In this document: positions 36,286-44,834 of the stretch, piece after piece | Layout of the letters: each line of letters starts with the position of its first letter | How positions within the stretch are numbered: the stretch's first letter is position 1 | NCBI GenBank assembly: GCA_038231275.1 | Contig: JBBRLQ010000022.1 | Location: forward strand, 32,001-96,000 | Length of the DNA stretch: 64,000 bases | From: Polyangiales bacterium | GTDB taxonomy: Bacteria > Myxococcota_A > Polyangia > Polyangiales > Polyangiaceae | Reading direction: 5' to 3' | Position numbers and translations under genes: made by a program | Notes under the pieces: model-generated | What the model was told of the DNA's origin: nothing | What the model saw: only the letters and a program-made list of their open reading frames with translations | Databases searched by the model: none

Positions 36286-37458
36286 GTGACCAACTCCACT
36301 CGCCTCTCCACTCGCCTCCCCACTCGCCTCGTCTCGTTCGGATTCGTGGTCGTCTCCACCGCTCTTTGCGCGACGGCGTGCAGCAGCGCGACGCGCGGGA
36401 ACGGATTCACCGAAGACAACCCGGCGACCGGCGGCGGGAAGGGCACGAGCTCGGGCGGTGGCGGAAGCAGCGGCGGCGATTCACCGACCCTCGGCGGAAG
36501 CGATACGGACGGCGGCGGCGGAAGCACGGGCGACGCGAGCGCGTGCGCGACGACGACCGCGCAAGCCGAGCAAGTGCCGGTCTACCTCGTCTTCATGTTC
36601 GATCGCTCCGGCAGCATGAAATACAACCCGTCGCCCAACAACAAATGGGACGCGTGCGTCGCGGGGCTCGACGCGTTCTTCGGCGATCCGGCGAGCAACG
36701 GGCTCTACGCGTCGATGCAGGTCTTCCCGTACGACAACGGCGAGTGCTCGTCCTCGACGTACCAGACGCCGCTCGTCGCCGCGACGGCGCTGCCCGATCC
36801 GAGCGCGAGCTTCAAGAACGCGCTCGCGCAGAACGGGCCCGATCCCAGCTACGGAACGCCGACCCTACCCGCGCTACGCGGCGCGATCGACTACGCGAAG
36901 CAACTGCAAGCCGGCTTCACGCACGGCGAGAAGGCCGCGGTGGTCCTCGTCACCGACGGTGATCCCAACGACTGCTCCTCATCGGCCCAGAACGTCGGCC
37001 AAGAGGCCGCGAAGATCGCGGCGCAGATCCCCACGTACGTCGTCGGCGTCGGCAACAGCTTGAGCAACCTGAACACGATCGCGCAGGGCGGCGGCACCAA
37101 GAGCGCGCTCCTCGTCGACACGTCGAACCCGCAGCAGATCACGACCGACTTCATCAAGGCGGTCTCGCAGATCCGCTCGGCGGCGCTGACGTGCGAGTAC
37201 AAGATCCCGGCGGCGCCGGTCGGTCAGACGCTCGATCCGAACAAGGTGAACGTCGTCTACACGCCCGTCGGCGGCGCCGCGCAGACGCTCTCGTACAACA
37301 AGGACTGCGCGGGCAACGGCCAGGGCTGGCACTACGACGATCCGAACGCCCCCACGAAGATCTCGATGTGCGGCTCAAGCTGCGACGGAGTGAAGGCCGC
37401 CGCGGGCCGCGTGGACATCGTCCTAGGATGTGCGACACAAGGAGGCGTTACCCGCTGA
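36286..37458 (+). CDS. vWA-domain lipoprotein with Cys-rich C-terminal domain
   Basis: Lipobox ATAC, Gly/Ser linker, MIDAS DRSGS, TPT, VTDG, C-terminal GWHYD...C...C. Confidence 0.85.
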   Translation: MTNSTRLSTRLPTRLVSFGFVVVSTALCATACSSATRGNGFTEDNPATGGGKGTSSGGGGSSGGDSPTLGGSDTDGGGGSTGDASACATTTAQAEQVPVYLVFMFDRSGSMKYNPSPNNKWDACVAGLDAFFGDPASNGLYASMQVFPYDNGECSSSTYQTPLVAATALPDPSASFKNALAQNGPDPSYGTPTLPALRGAIDYAKQLQAGFTHGEKAAVVLVTDGDPNDCSSSAQNVGQEAAKIAAQIPTYVVGVGNSLSNLNTIAQGGGTKSALLVDTSNPQQITTDFIKAVSQIRSAALTCEYKIPAAPVGQTLDPNKVNVVYTPVGGAAQTLSYNKDCAGNGQGWHYDDPNAPTKISMCGSSCDGVKAAAGRVDIVLGCATQGGVTR

Positions 37459-37489
37459 GCTTACTACGTCGCCCCTGAGACCGGCCGGC

Positions 37490-37626
37490 ATCACATGGAT
37501 AGCGCGCTATCCAGGTGATCTCCCCTCGTGTGGGGGTGGATCACCGGAAGCGTGGAATTTTCCGACAGGCGGAAATCCGCCACCGGTGGGAACGAGGGTT
37601 GCACTGCAACTGGGTCTTCCCTGTCG
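37490..37626. other. Palindrome-dense intergenic region (candidate operator or structured leader)
   Basis: Perfect 18-bp palindrome TGGATAGCGCGCTATCCA (37496-37513) extended by ATCAC/GTGAT. Further stems: GGTGATC/GATCACC, GGCGGA/TCCGCC, GTTGCA/TGCAAC, CGACAGG/CCTGTCG. Confidence 0.5.
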
Positions 37627-37641
37627 CTAGGAGGTCCCATC

Positions 37642-38781
37642 ATGTCGAACCTGAGGCCGTTTGCTCTCGCCGTTGGCGCCGTGGGGCTGGTCACGATGGC
37701 CTGCGGGAGCTCCGGGTGCGGGAGCTCCGCGAACGACTCGACGTTCAACGATCCCAACGCGGGCCTCCTCGGGGACGGTGGTCAGAACGGCTCGAGCGGG
37801 TCCTCCGGCTTCGGGTCGAGCGGATCGAGCGGCAACCCCGGAGGCGTGACGCCCGGGTCGGCGTGCGCGACGTCGAGCGCCGGCTCCAACGGGCTGCCTG
37901 TCTACCTGGTCTTCATGGTCGATAAGTCCGGCAGCATGGACAAGAACAACAAGTGGACGTCGGCGACGGCGGCGCTCGACAACTTCTTCGGAAGCTCGGC
38001 CTCGACCGGCCTGCACGCGTCGATTCAGTTCTTCGGGCAGCAGGACAAGTGCAACGTCGCGGCCTATGCGGCTCCCTCCGTACCGATGACCGCCCTCCCC
38101 GCCGGTCCTACCTTTCAAAGCGTCATCGCCAAAAATAACCCCGGCGGCGGCACGCCCACCATCGCGGCCGAGCAGGGCGCCATCCAATACGCGCAACAGG
38201 TCCAGAAGACGCTGAAGCCCGGCGAGAAGGTCGTCATCGTGCTCGTGACGGACGGCGATCCGAACGACTGCGCGCAAAACCCCCAGGACGTCGTCGCCGC
38301 CGCCGCGGAGGTGGCCGCCGCCGCCAAGCTCGTCGCCGGCTCGATCCCCACCTACGTCATCGGCGTCGGCCCGGACGCGCAGAACCTCAACGCGATCGCC
38401 GTGGGCGGCGGCACCACTCAGGCGATCATGGTCGCGACCAACAACCCCGCCCAGACGACCGCCGACCTCCAGAAGGCGATCGGCCAAGTGCGCACGTCGT
38501 CGCTCGGCTGCGACTACACGTTGCCGACGCCGCCCAACGGCCAGACCCTCGACATCAACGCCGTCAACGTGAACTACACGCCCCCGGGAGGCCAGTCGCA
38601 GACGCTCCCGTACTCGAAGGACTGCGCGGACCCGAACGGCTGGCACTACGACAACCCCGCGACGCCCACGCTCGTCCAAATGTGCCCGGGCATTTGCGCG
38701 ACGCTCAAGACCACCGGCCCTCAGGGCGCCAAGGTCGACGTCGTGTTCGGCTGCAAAACAGTGGGCGGCGTCACTCGATAA
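37642..38781 (+). CDS. vWA-domain lipoprotein, tandem paralog of 36286-37458
   Basis: AGGAGG RBS, lipobox TMAC, DKSGS, TPT, VTDGDPNDC, GWHYD; ends GGVTR like its paralog. Confidence 0.85.
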   Translation: MSNLRPFALAVGAVGLVTMACGSSGCGSSANDSTFNDPNAGLLGDGGQNGSSGSSGFGSSGSSGNPGGVTPGSACATSSAGSNGLPVYLVFMVDKSGSMDKNNKWTSATAALDNFFGSSASTGLHASIQFFGQQDKCNVAAYAAPSVPMTALPAGPTFQSVIAKNNPGGGTPTIAAEQGAIQYAQQVQKTLKPGEKVVIVLVTDGDPNDCAQNPQDVVAAAAEVAAAAKLVAGSIPTYVIGVGPDAQNLNAIAVGGGTTQAIMVATNNPAQTTADLQKAIGQVRTSSLGCDYTLPTPPNGQTLDINAVNVNYTPPGGQSQTLPYSKDCADPNGWHYDNPATPTLVQMCPGICATLKTTGPQGAKVDVVFGCKTVGGVTR

Positions 38782-38792
38782 GGACGCGCCGG

Positions 38793-41700
38793 TCAAACGC
38801 GCAGCAAATCGGGCCGCTTCTTGAGGACGTGGTCGAGCCAGGCGTTGGAGACCGTCTCCTGCATGGAGTTCGCGCGGAGGCGTTCGCGGAGGTGGTGGAA
38901 GTCCACGCGATCGAGCGCCTGGTCCTGGTTGTAGCAAGAGAAGACCAGGTACTCGCGGCCGGTCTCAGGATCCTTGTGCTTTTGGAGGCACTGCGCGCAG
39001 ACCTCTTTCATCATGCACTGCATCGGCGAGTTGATGCTCGCGATGCCGAGGTGACGCGGCGAGAGGATCGGCTTCAAGACCGTCTGACGCGCCTCTTGCA
39101 CGGCCGCCATCATGCGATCGGAGCCGATCGCGATGATGCGCGCGACCTCGGCGAGCGGGATCTGCTTGTTGCCGATCTCGCCGCGGCCGTACGCGACCAT
39201 GGCCTTGACGATGTTGCCGCGGAAGTGCGCGTCCTGCGGGCGGCGCGCCTTTACCTCGGCGCCGCTGTCGGTGCACCAGATGACCTGGTCCGTGAACGCC
39301 TCGATGTCGTCTTGCTTGAAGAGATCCTCGCCGCGCTTGTAGCCGGCGAAATAGAGGACCTTGGCGCCGAGGACCTTGAACGCGCGCGCGATGGAGAAGA
39401 GGACGGCGTTGCCGAGGCCGCCGCCGCAGAGCATGACCGTCTCCTTCGCGGCGATCTCGGTCGGTGTCCCGGTCGGGCCCATGAGGACGATCGGCTCACC
39501 GGGGGCGAGCGCGGCGCAGAGGCGTGAGGAGCCGCCCATCTCGAGGACGATGGTGCCGAGCAGGCCCTTCTCCTCGTCGATCCACGCACCTGTGAGCGCG
39601 AGGCCCTCCATCGCGAGGCGCGTGCCGTCGACGATCGGCGCGTAGGACTCGAAATTTTGGAGGCGGTAGAACTGACCCGGCTTGAACTTTCGCGCAGCCA
39701 TCGGCGCGTGCACGACGACCTCGACGATCGTCTCGGTCAGGCGGTTCACCGTCACGACGCGCGCGACGAGCTCGTGGTCGAGGCGCGCGTAGAGCTCGCG
39801 CTGCTTGGCGTCGCGCGCGGGCTGACCGGCGGCGTCGAGCGACGTGGTCTCTTCGAAGAGCGCGGAGACGTGGGGGTAGCCGTCCTTCGCGCTCGCCATC
39901 GCCTTGACGACGCTGCCGGCGTAGTGCGGGTGGTTGTCGCCGTAGAACGAGACGGTGTGGCCGCCCTTGTCGTAGCTCGTGAAGAACGCGCCGGCGGTCG
40001 TCTTCGACTCCTCGACGATGATCTTCCCGCTCTCGCGGCGCGCGGTGTGGGCGAGGAAATACTGCTTCTTCGCGTCGAGCTTGAACGTGCCCTCGTACTC
40101 CCGCTCGTAGGTGACGTTGGGGCTCGTGCCCGCGGCGACGCAGACGGTGCGCGCGGGGAGCGTCGTCTCGCCGTCCTTGCGCGCGAACTTCACGGCGACG
40201 ACGTGCCCGCCGGGGTCGAGCACCGCCTCGAGCGGCGACATGTGCTCGATGTAGCGGACGCCCTCTTCGAGGCTCTTGGCGACCTCTTCGTGGTTCAGGC
40301 GGTAGGCAGGCGAGTCGCCGAGCGCCTTCCTGTAGACGAGCGTGACGCCGCCCCACGTGTCGAGGAGCTGCTGGACCCGCGCTTCGCGGTTCTCCGCCTT
40401 CGCGCGCGCGCGCTCGTCGGCGAGCTCCTTCGCGTGCGAGAGGTGGACCTGGAGCGTCTCCCACTCTTCGTCGTCGAACTGCGCGCGCATCGCGGCGTCG
40501 CCCTTCTCGCGCGAGAGGATGGCGAAGCGCTCCGACTCCTTCTCGATTTGGACGACGTAGTAGGCGAGGAGCTCGGTGGCAGTGTCGATCGCGGTGAGGC
40601 CGCCGCCGATGACGATGGCGGGGAGATCGATCTGAAGGTTCGCGATCGAGCTCTTTTTGTAGGCTCCCGTGAGCTGCAGGCCCATGAGGAAGTCCGACGC
40701 CTTGCGGATGCCGCGCGTCAGGTTGTTCTTCATGTCGATGACCGTGGGGCGACCGGCGCCGGCGCTGATCGCGACGTGATCGAAGCCCATCGCCCACGCG
40801 TCTTCGATGGTGAGCGTGCCGCCGAAGCGGATGCCGCCGAAGATGCGGAGGTTCCTGTTTCGAGCGAGGGTGACGTACGTGACGGTGAGGAAGTTCTTGT
40901 CCCACCGAACGGTGATGCCGTACTCGCTGACGCCGCCGAAGCCGAGGAGGATGCGCTCGTCGAGCTCCGTGTAGAGTGCACTGAACTCGCGGACCGGCAC
41001 CGGCGGCACCCAACCGTCGTCGGCGACGTGGCCGGTGAGCGGCTCGGGCAGCGGCTCGACCTTGAGTCCGTCGACGGCGACGACCGCGAAGCCCTCGCAC
41101 GCGAGGTGATGCGCCAGCGTGTAGCCGGCCGGACCGAGGCCGACGACGAGCACGTTGCGGCCGTTGTACGGCTTGGCGAACGGACGCGCGACGTTGAGCG
41201 GGTTCCACCGCGTCAGAAATCCGTAGATCTCGAGGCCCCACGGCAGCTCGAGGATCTCCGTCAGCACCCGCGTCTCGATCTGCGGGATGTTGACCGGCTC
41301 CTGTTTCTGGAAGATGCAGGCCTTCATGCAGTCGTTGCAGATGCGGTGACCGGTGCCGGCGCACATCGGGTTGTCCACGAGGACGAGCGAGAGCGCGGCG
41401 AGGGCGTCGCCGTCGCGCCGCATCGTGTGCATCTCGCTGATCTTCTCCTCGAGAGGGCAGCCCGCGAGCGCGACGCCGATCGGGTTCTTCTTGAGCTCCT
41501 TGCTCTTGGCGTCGAAGAGCCCCTTGCTGCACGAGTCCTTGTCGCGGTTGTGGCAGTAGAGGCAGTAGTCGATCTCCTGCTCCACGGTGCGCGCGTCGCC
41601 CCGGCGATCGGTGAGGCGGAAGCCGTCGCGCTCGCGGCGCTCGTGATCGGGGCCGACGAAGAGCTCGGGGATCTTCGGATCGGGGCGGCGTAGCTCGACG

Positions 41701-42566
41701 AGGTGCGCGTAGTCCAGGTTCTTCGGCTGGCGGAGGCTCGCCCAGCGGCGAATGGGATCGTGCGCGTCGGCGAAGCGCGCGGCGAGCCACGCCTCGATCG
41801 CGTCGAGGGCGAAGGCGGCGACCTTGGCGTCGTCGGCGTCGGTCGGGGCGTCGGGGCTGGCGGGCGCGATCGCGGACGCGGCGACGGGATCGCGGGCGAG
41901 CGCGGCGCGGACGGTCGCGACGCGCGCGCGGAGGACGTCGGTCCACTGGGCGCCGCCGGCCTTGGCGGCCTTGCGCGCGGTCTCGTCGACCTCGAACAAG
42001 AGGAGGGTGGCGCGGGCGACGAAGAGCTCCTCGTCGGAGTGCGCGTCGTGATCCGCGGGGAGGACGGCGGAGAGCGCCGCGAGGGCCGACGTCTTTGCGG
42101 CGGCAACGTCACGCCCGGCGTCTCGCCACGCCTTGCCCGCGCCGTCACGTAGGACGCGCTTTTTGCCGAAGTCGCGCTTGAAGCGCCAGAGCGGCTCGCG
42201 GTCCATGACGCCCGCGCGCAGCGCCTCGAGCTGGGCCTCGACGCCGAAGAGCCTCCCGGTGAACTGGCTCACGAACGGCGCCGCGGCCAGGAGGGCCTCG
42301 CTGATGGCCTCGTTCGTCATCCCCTTCCCCTTGCACGCGGCATACGACGCGAAGCGCGCGTGCGCGTCGGGGGCGGTAGCCAAGAACCAGCGATCGAAGT
42401 CGGCGTGGAGCGCGGCGAGCTTCGGCGGATCGAAGAGATCCGCGAACGAGTAAGGCGCGATGCCGAGCGGCATGTGGCGCGCCTCATGGCTGCCCGGAGG
42501 AGGCGGAACGGACCGCGGCGGACGAGAGATCGGCGGGTCGCTTCCGGCGGCGACGGTCCCGGGCAT
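38793..42566 (-). CDS. Large Fe-S flavoprotein: GltD/NfnB-like module fused to a C-terminal FNR-like PyrK/NfnA [2Fe-2S] module
   Basis: Cys clusters CLYCH...C, GCP and C.GTG...CNDC...C; GLGPAG (FAD); IGGGLTAID; then PGQF, GPTG, GGGLG and MQCMMKEVCAQC...FSC. Confidence 0.82.
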   Translation of the reverse strand: MPGTVAAGSDPPISRPPRSVPPPPGSHEARHMPLGIAPYSFADLFDPPKLAALHADFDRWFLATAPDAHARFASYAACKGKGMTNEAISEALLAAAPFVSQFTGRLFGVEAQLEALRAGVMDREPLWRFKRDFGKKRVLRDGAGKAWRDAGRDVAAAKTSALAALSAVLPADHDAHSDEELFVARATLLLFEVDETARKAAKAGGAQWTDVLRARVATVRAALARDPVAASAIAPASPDAPTDADDAKVAAFALDAIEAWLAARFADAHDPIRRWASLRQPKNLDYAHLVELRRPDPKIPELFVGPDHERRERDGFRLTDRRGDARTVEQEIDYCLYCHNRDKDSCSKGLFDAKSKELKKNPIGVALAGCPLEEKISEMHTMRRDGDALAALSLVLVDNPMCAGTGHRICNDCMKACIFQKQEPVNIPQIETRVLTEILELPWGLEIYGFLTRWNPLNVARPFAKPYNGRNVLVVGLGPAGYTLAHHLACEGFAVVAVDGLKVEPLPEPLTGHVADDGWVPPVPVREFSALYTELDERILLGFGGVSEYGITVRWDKNFLTVTYVTLARNRNLRIFGGIRFGGTLTIEDAWAMGFDHVAISAGAGRPTVIDMKNNLTRGIRKASDFLMGLQLTGAYKKSSIANLQIDLPAIVIGGGLTAIDTATELLAYYVVQIEKESERFAILSREKGDAAMRAQFDDEEWETLQVHLSHAKELADERARAKAENREARVQQLLDTWGGVTLVYRKALGDSPAYRLNHEEVAKSLEEGVRYIEHMSPLEAVLDPGGHVVAVKFARKDGETTLPARTVCVAAGTSPNVTYEREYEGTFKLDAKKQYFLAHTARRESGKIIVEESKTTAGAFFTSYDKGGHTVSFYGDNHPHYAGSVVKAMASAKDGYPHVSALFEETTSLDAAGQPARDAKQRELYARLDHELVARVVTVNRLTETIVEVVVHAPMAARKFKPGQFYRLQNFESYAPIVDGTRLAMEGLALTGAWIDEEKGLLGTIVLEMGGSSRLCAALAPGEPIVLMGPTGTPTEIAAKETVMLCGGGLGNAVLFSIARAFKVLGAKVLYFAGYKRGEDLFKQDDIEAFTDQVIWCTDSGAEVKARRPQDAHFRGNIVKAMVAYGRGEIGNKQIPLAEVARIIAIGSDRMMAAVQEARQTVLKPILSPRHLGIASINSPMQCMMKEVCAQCLQKHKDPETGREYLVFSCYNQDQALDRVDFHHLRERLRANSMQETVSNAWLDHVLKKRPDLLRV

Positions 42567-42568
42567 GC

Positions 42569-42865
42569 TTACTTCTTCTCCTCGGCGGAAGAGCCCGCGG
42601 GCACGTAGGCCGTCGCGGCGAGATCACCGTCCTCGAAGCCGAGGTAGATCGCGCACTGCTTGAACATGAACTTCTGCCCCTCGGGCGAGGCCAGATCGAC
42701 GCGGTAGGTGTTGATGTACTTGACCGAGTCCTTCAGCCACATGGCCCAGGCCTCTTTCGAGACCTCGTTGAACACGCGCTGGCCGAGCTCGTTCTTGTAC
42801 GGCGGGCGGGCGAGCCCCGGCAGGTCTTTTCCGAGCTTCTTGCAGTGGACGATTCGGTCGGTCAT
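42569..42865 (-). CDS. yggX: Fe(II)-trafficking / oxidative damage protection protein
   Basis: VHCKKLGK..PGL...PY..ELGQRVFNEVSKEAW..W.....IN..R pattern. Confidence 0.85.
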   Translation of the reverse strand: MTDRIVHCKKLGKDLPGLARPPYKNELGQRVFNEVSKEAWAMWLKDSVKYINTYRVDLASPEGQKFMFKQCAIYLGFEDGDLAATAYVPAGSSAEEKK

Positions 42866-42965
42866 GGCGAGGGGGTTTCTAGCCGTTCGGCGCCCGCATT
42901 GCCAGCAGGGCGCAAGGGAGCCACGGCGGGGCGAAACTGGGCCGCGATCCGCGTAGGATCAAACG

Positions 42966-44834
42966 GTGCGGTCGGCGTTCCTCCCGTTGGTGCTGCTCGC
43001 GTGGCTCTCGGTCAGCGCGTGCGGCCCCTCGGGAGGCGCGAAGGGTCCCGGTGGGGCCGAGCTGGGGCTCGTCGTCGTGGTCATCCTGCCCACGCCGGAG
43101 AAGCTCCCCTTCGATCCCCAGGACGCGCGGCGGCGGGCCGCGTCGGCAGAGCTGGGCCGGATCGTCGGACACCCCATCACGTTCGCGATCGAGGCGGGGC
43201 TGGCGGCGGAGTGGCGGTCGGGCTTCGCCGCGCAGCTCATCGACGCGGTGGAGACGGTCGCGCGCGATCTGACGGCGCTGCGCGAGCGGTCGCCGGTCGC
43301 CTTCGCGCACGGAGCGCCGCTCCTGGAGCGGATATCGTGCCGATACCGCGCGGTCGCGACGAAGGCCGAAGGGTCGCTCGACGCGAAGTCGCGGACGATC
43401 GACGTGGTCGAGCCGGCGCACGGCGGCGCGCTCGTCCCGCGCGGCCTCGTGTTCGGCGTGCTCCTGGATGACTACGAGGCGTTCGCGTCGGCGCGCTACC
43501 TCACGATGGCTCCCGCCGACGTGCCCATCACCGAGCGGCGCGCGTACTTCGATCTCGTCACCGGCTCACGCGCGACGAGGGGAGATACCGAGCCGCTCTT
43601 GGACAAGCGCTCGGCGGCGATCGAACGGCTCGTCGAGCTCGCGCGCGTCACCGGCGGCTCCGATCCGGCGCTCGCGGCGGATCTTCGCAAGCACCTCCTC
43701 GGTGAGCGGCGCCACTTCGTCGACGCGTACGTGCATCACGGCGAGGAGGCGCAAGGGGCGGCGCCGGCGTTCCATTCGGCCGAGCGCGCGTGGATCGGGT
43801 GGCTCGTCGCGACGCTGCCCAGGTTCACGGCGGAGGAGAAGCTCGAGCTCGCGCACGACGTCTTCGCCCGTGGATTCAACGGAAAGGGATACCTGCCCTT
43901 CGCGTTTCCGGGCTTCGACGCGATGGGCTTCGCGCTCGGCGTGGTGGACGGGTGGATCGCGGCGGGACACCCCGACACGTTCGCGACGCACACGCCGGAG
44001 ACCCAGCTCTACGAGTACATCGTGTGCCCGCACCCGAAGAATGCGGACGGCGATCGCGTGATGGGGCCGCGCTGCGACTACCACATGTACCGGCTCGCCC
44101 TCGAGAACGAGGCCGCGCGCAAGCGGCTCGTCGACGCGATCGTGTCGCGACGCGATCCGGTCTTCACCGAGCAGGCGTTCGCGGCGATCACGTACGCCGA
44201 CGGACGCGAGGATCCGCTCGCGCGCTTTCTGCTGCTCCTCCGCGGCGTCGAGGCCGACGAGGCGGCGTGGACGATCGGCGCGCGCGTCCTCGCCGAGCAT
44301 GCAGAGACCGGCGGGGCGCGGCTGGTCGATGAGGTGCGGCGCCTATGGGCCGCGTACCCGCCCCGGCGCGCGTCCCTCCTCGTCGTGCTCGCCGCGGCCG
44401 ATCCGTACGACAACGGCGCGGTGGACTGGGCGGGCTTCGCGCACGATTACGGCGCTCCGCTCGACCCCGCGCTCCTCGGCGCGATGCTCGATCGCGCGCC
44501 CGCCGACGTCGCGCGCCTTCCGGCGATGTGGCCCGCGTTCGGCGGAGGCTGGTCGCGGTCAGCGGTGATCGTGCCACGCCTCGACGCGTTCCTCGATCAC
44601 CCCGCGCGGCGGGATCCGCAGCGCCCGTACACGACGATGCGCGCGATGTTCCACCGCATGTGCGCCGACGGAGCGAGCGGCGCGGCAGACGTTGCGCAAG
44701 TGACCGCGCACCTTCGAGGGCGCGCGCGAACGCGGCCCGGCGATCCCTACGTGTCGCTCGCCGACGAGGCGCCGACCCACTGCGGCGCGCGGACGTCACG
44801 GCCGGCAACGCCGCGCGCGCGAGGCCGACAGTGA
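42966..44834 (+). CDS. Hypothetical lipoprotein
   Basis: Lipobox VSAC; clear paralog of the next gene (LPFDP, ARDL, CRY, FPGFD, VCPH, PRLDAF). Confidence 0.78.
   Translation: MRSAFLPLVLLAWLSVSACGPSGGAKGPGGAELGLVVVVILPTPEKLPFDPQDARRRAASAELGRIVGHPITFAIEAGLAAEWRSGFAAQLIDAVETVARDLTALRERSPVAFAHGAPLLERISCRYRAVATKAEGSLDAKSRTIDVVEPAHGGALVPRGLVFGVLLDDYEAFASARYLTMAPADVPITERRAYFDLVTGSRATRGDTEPLLDKRSAAIERLVELARVTGGSDPALAADLRKHLLGERRHFVDAYVHHGEEAQGAAPAFHSAERAWIGWLVATLPRFTAEEKLELAHDVFARGFNGKGYLPFAFPGFDAMGFALGVVDGWIAAGHPDTFATHTPETQLYEYIVCPHPKNADGDRVMGPRCDYHMYRLALENEAARKRLVDAIVSRRDPVFTEQAFAAITYADGREDPLARFLLLLRGVEADEAAWTIGARVLAEHAETGGARLVDEVRRLWAAYPPRRASLLVVLAAADPYDNGAVDWAGFAHDYGAPLDPALLGAMLDRAPADVARLPAMWPAFGGGWSRSAVIVPRLDAFLDHPARRDPQRPYTTMRAMFHRMCADGASGAADVAQVTAHLRGRARTRPGDPYVSLADEAPTHCGARTSRPATPRARGRQ

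Noticed and set aside
36296..36330. 12-bp tandem repeat (CCACTCGCCTCY x3) as a possible CRISPR or regulatory repeat
   Set aside because: It has no spacers and is in frame within a signal-peptide n-region (STRL-STRL-PTRL). No cas genes are present.
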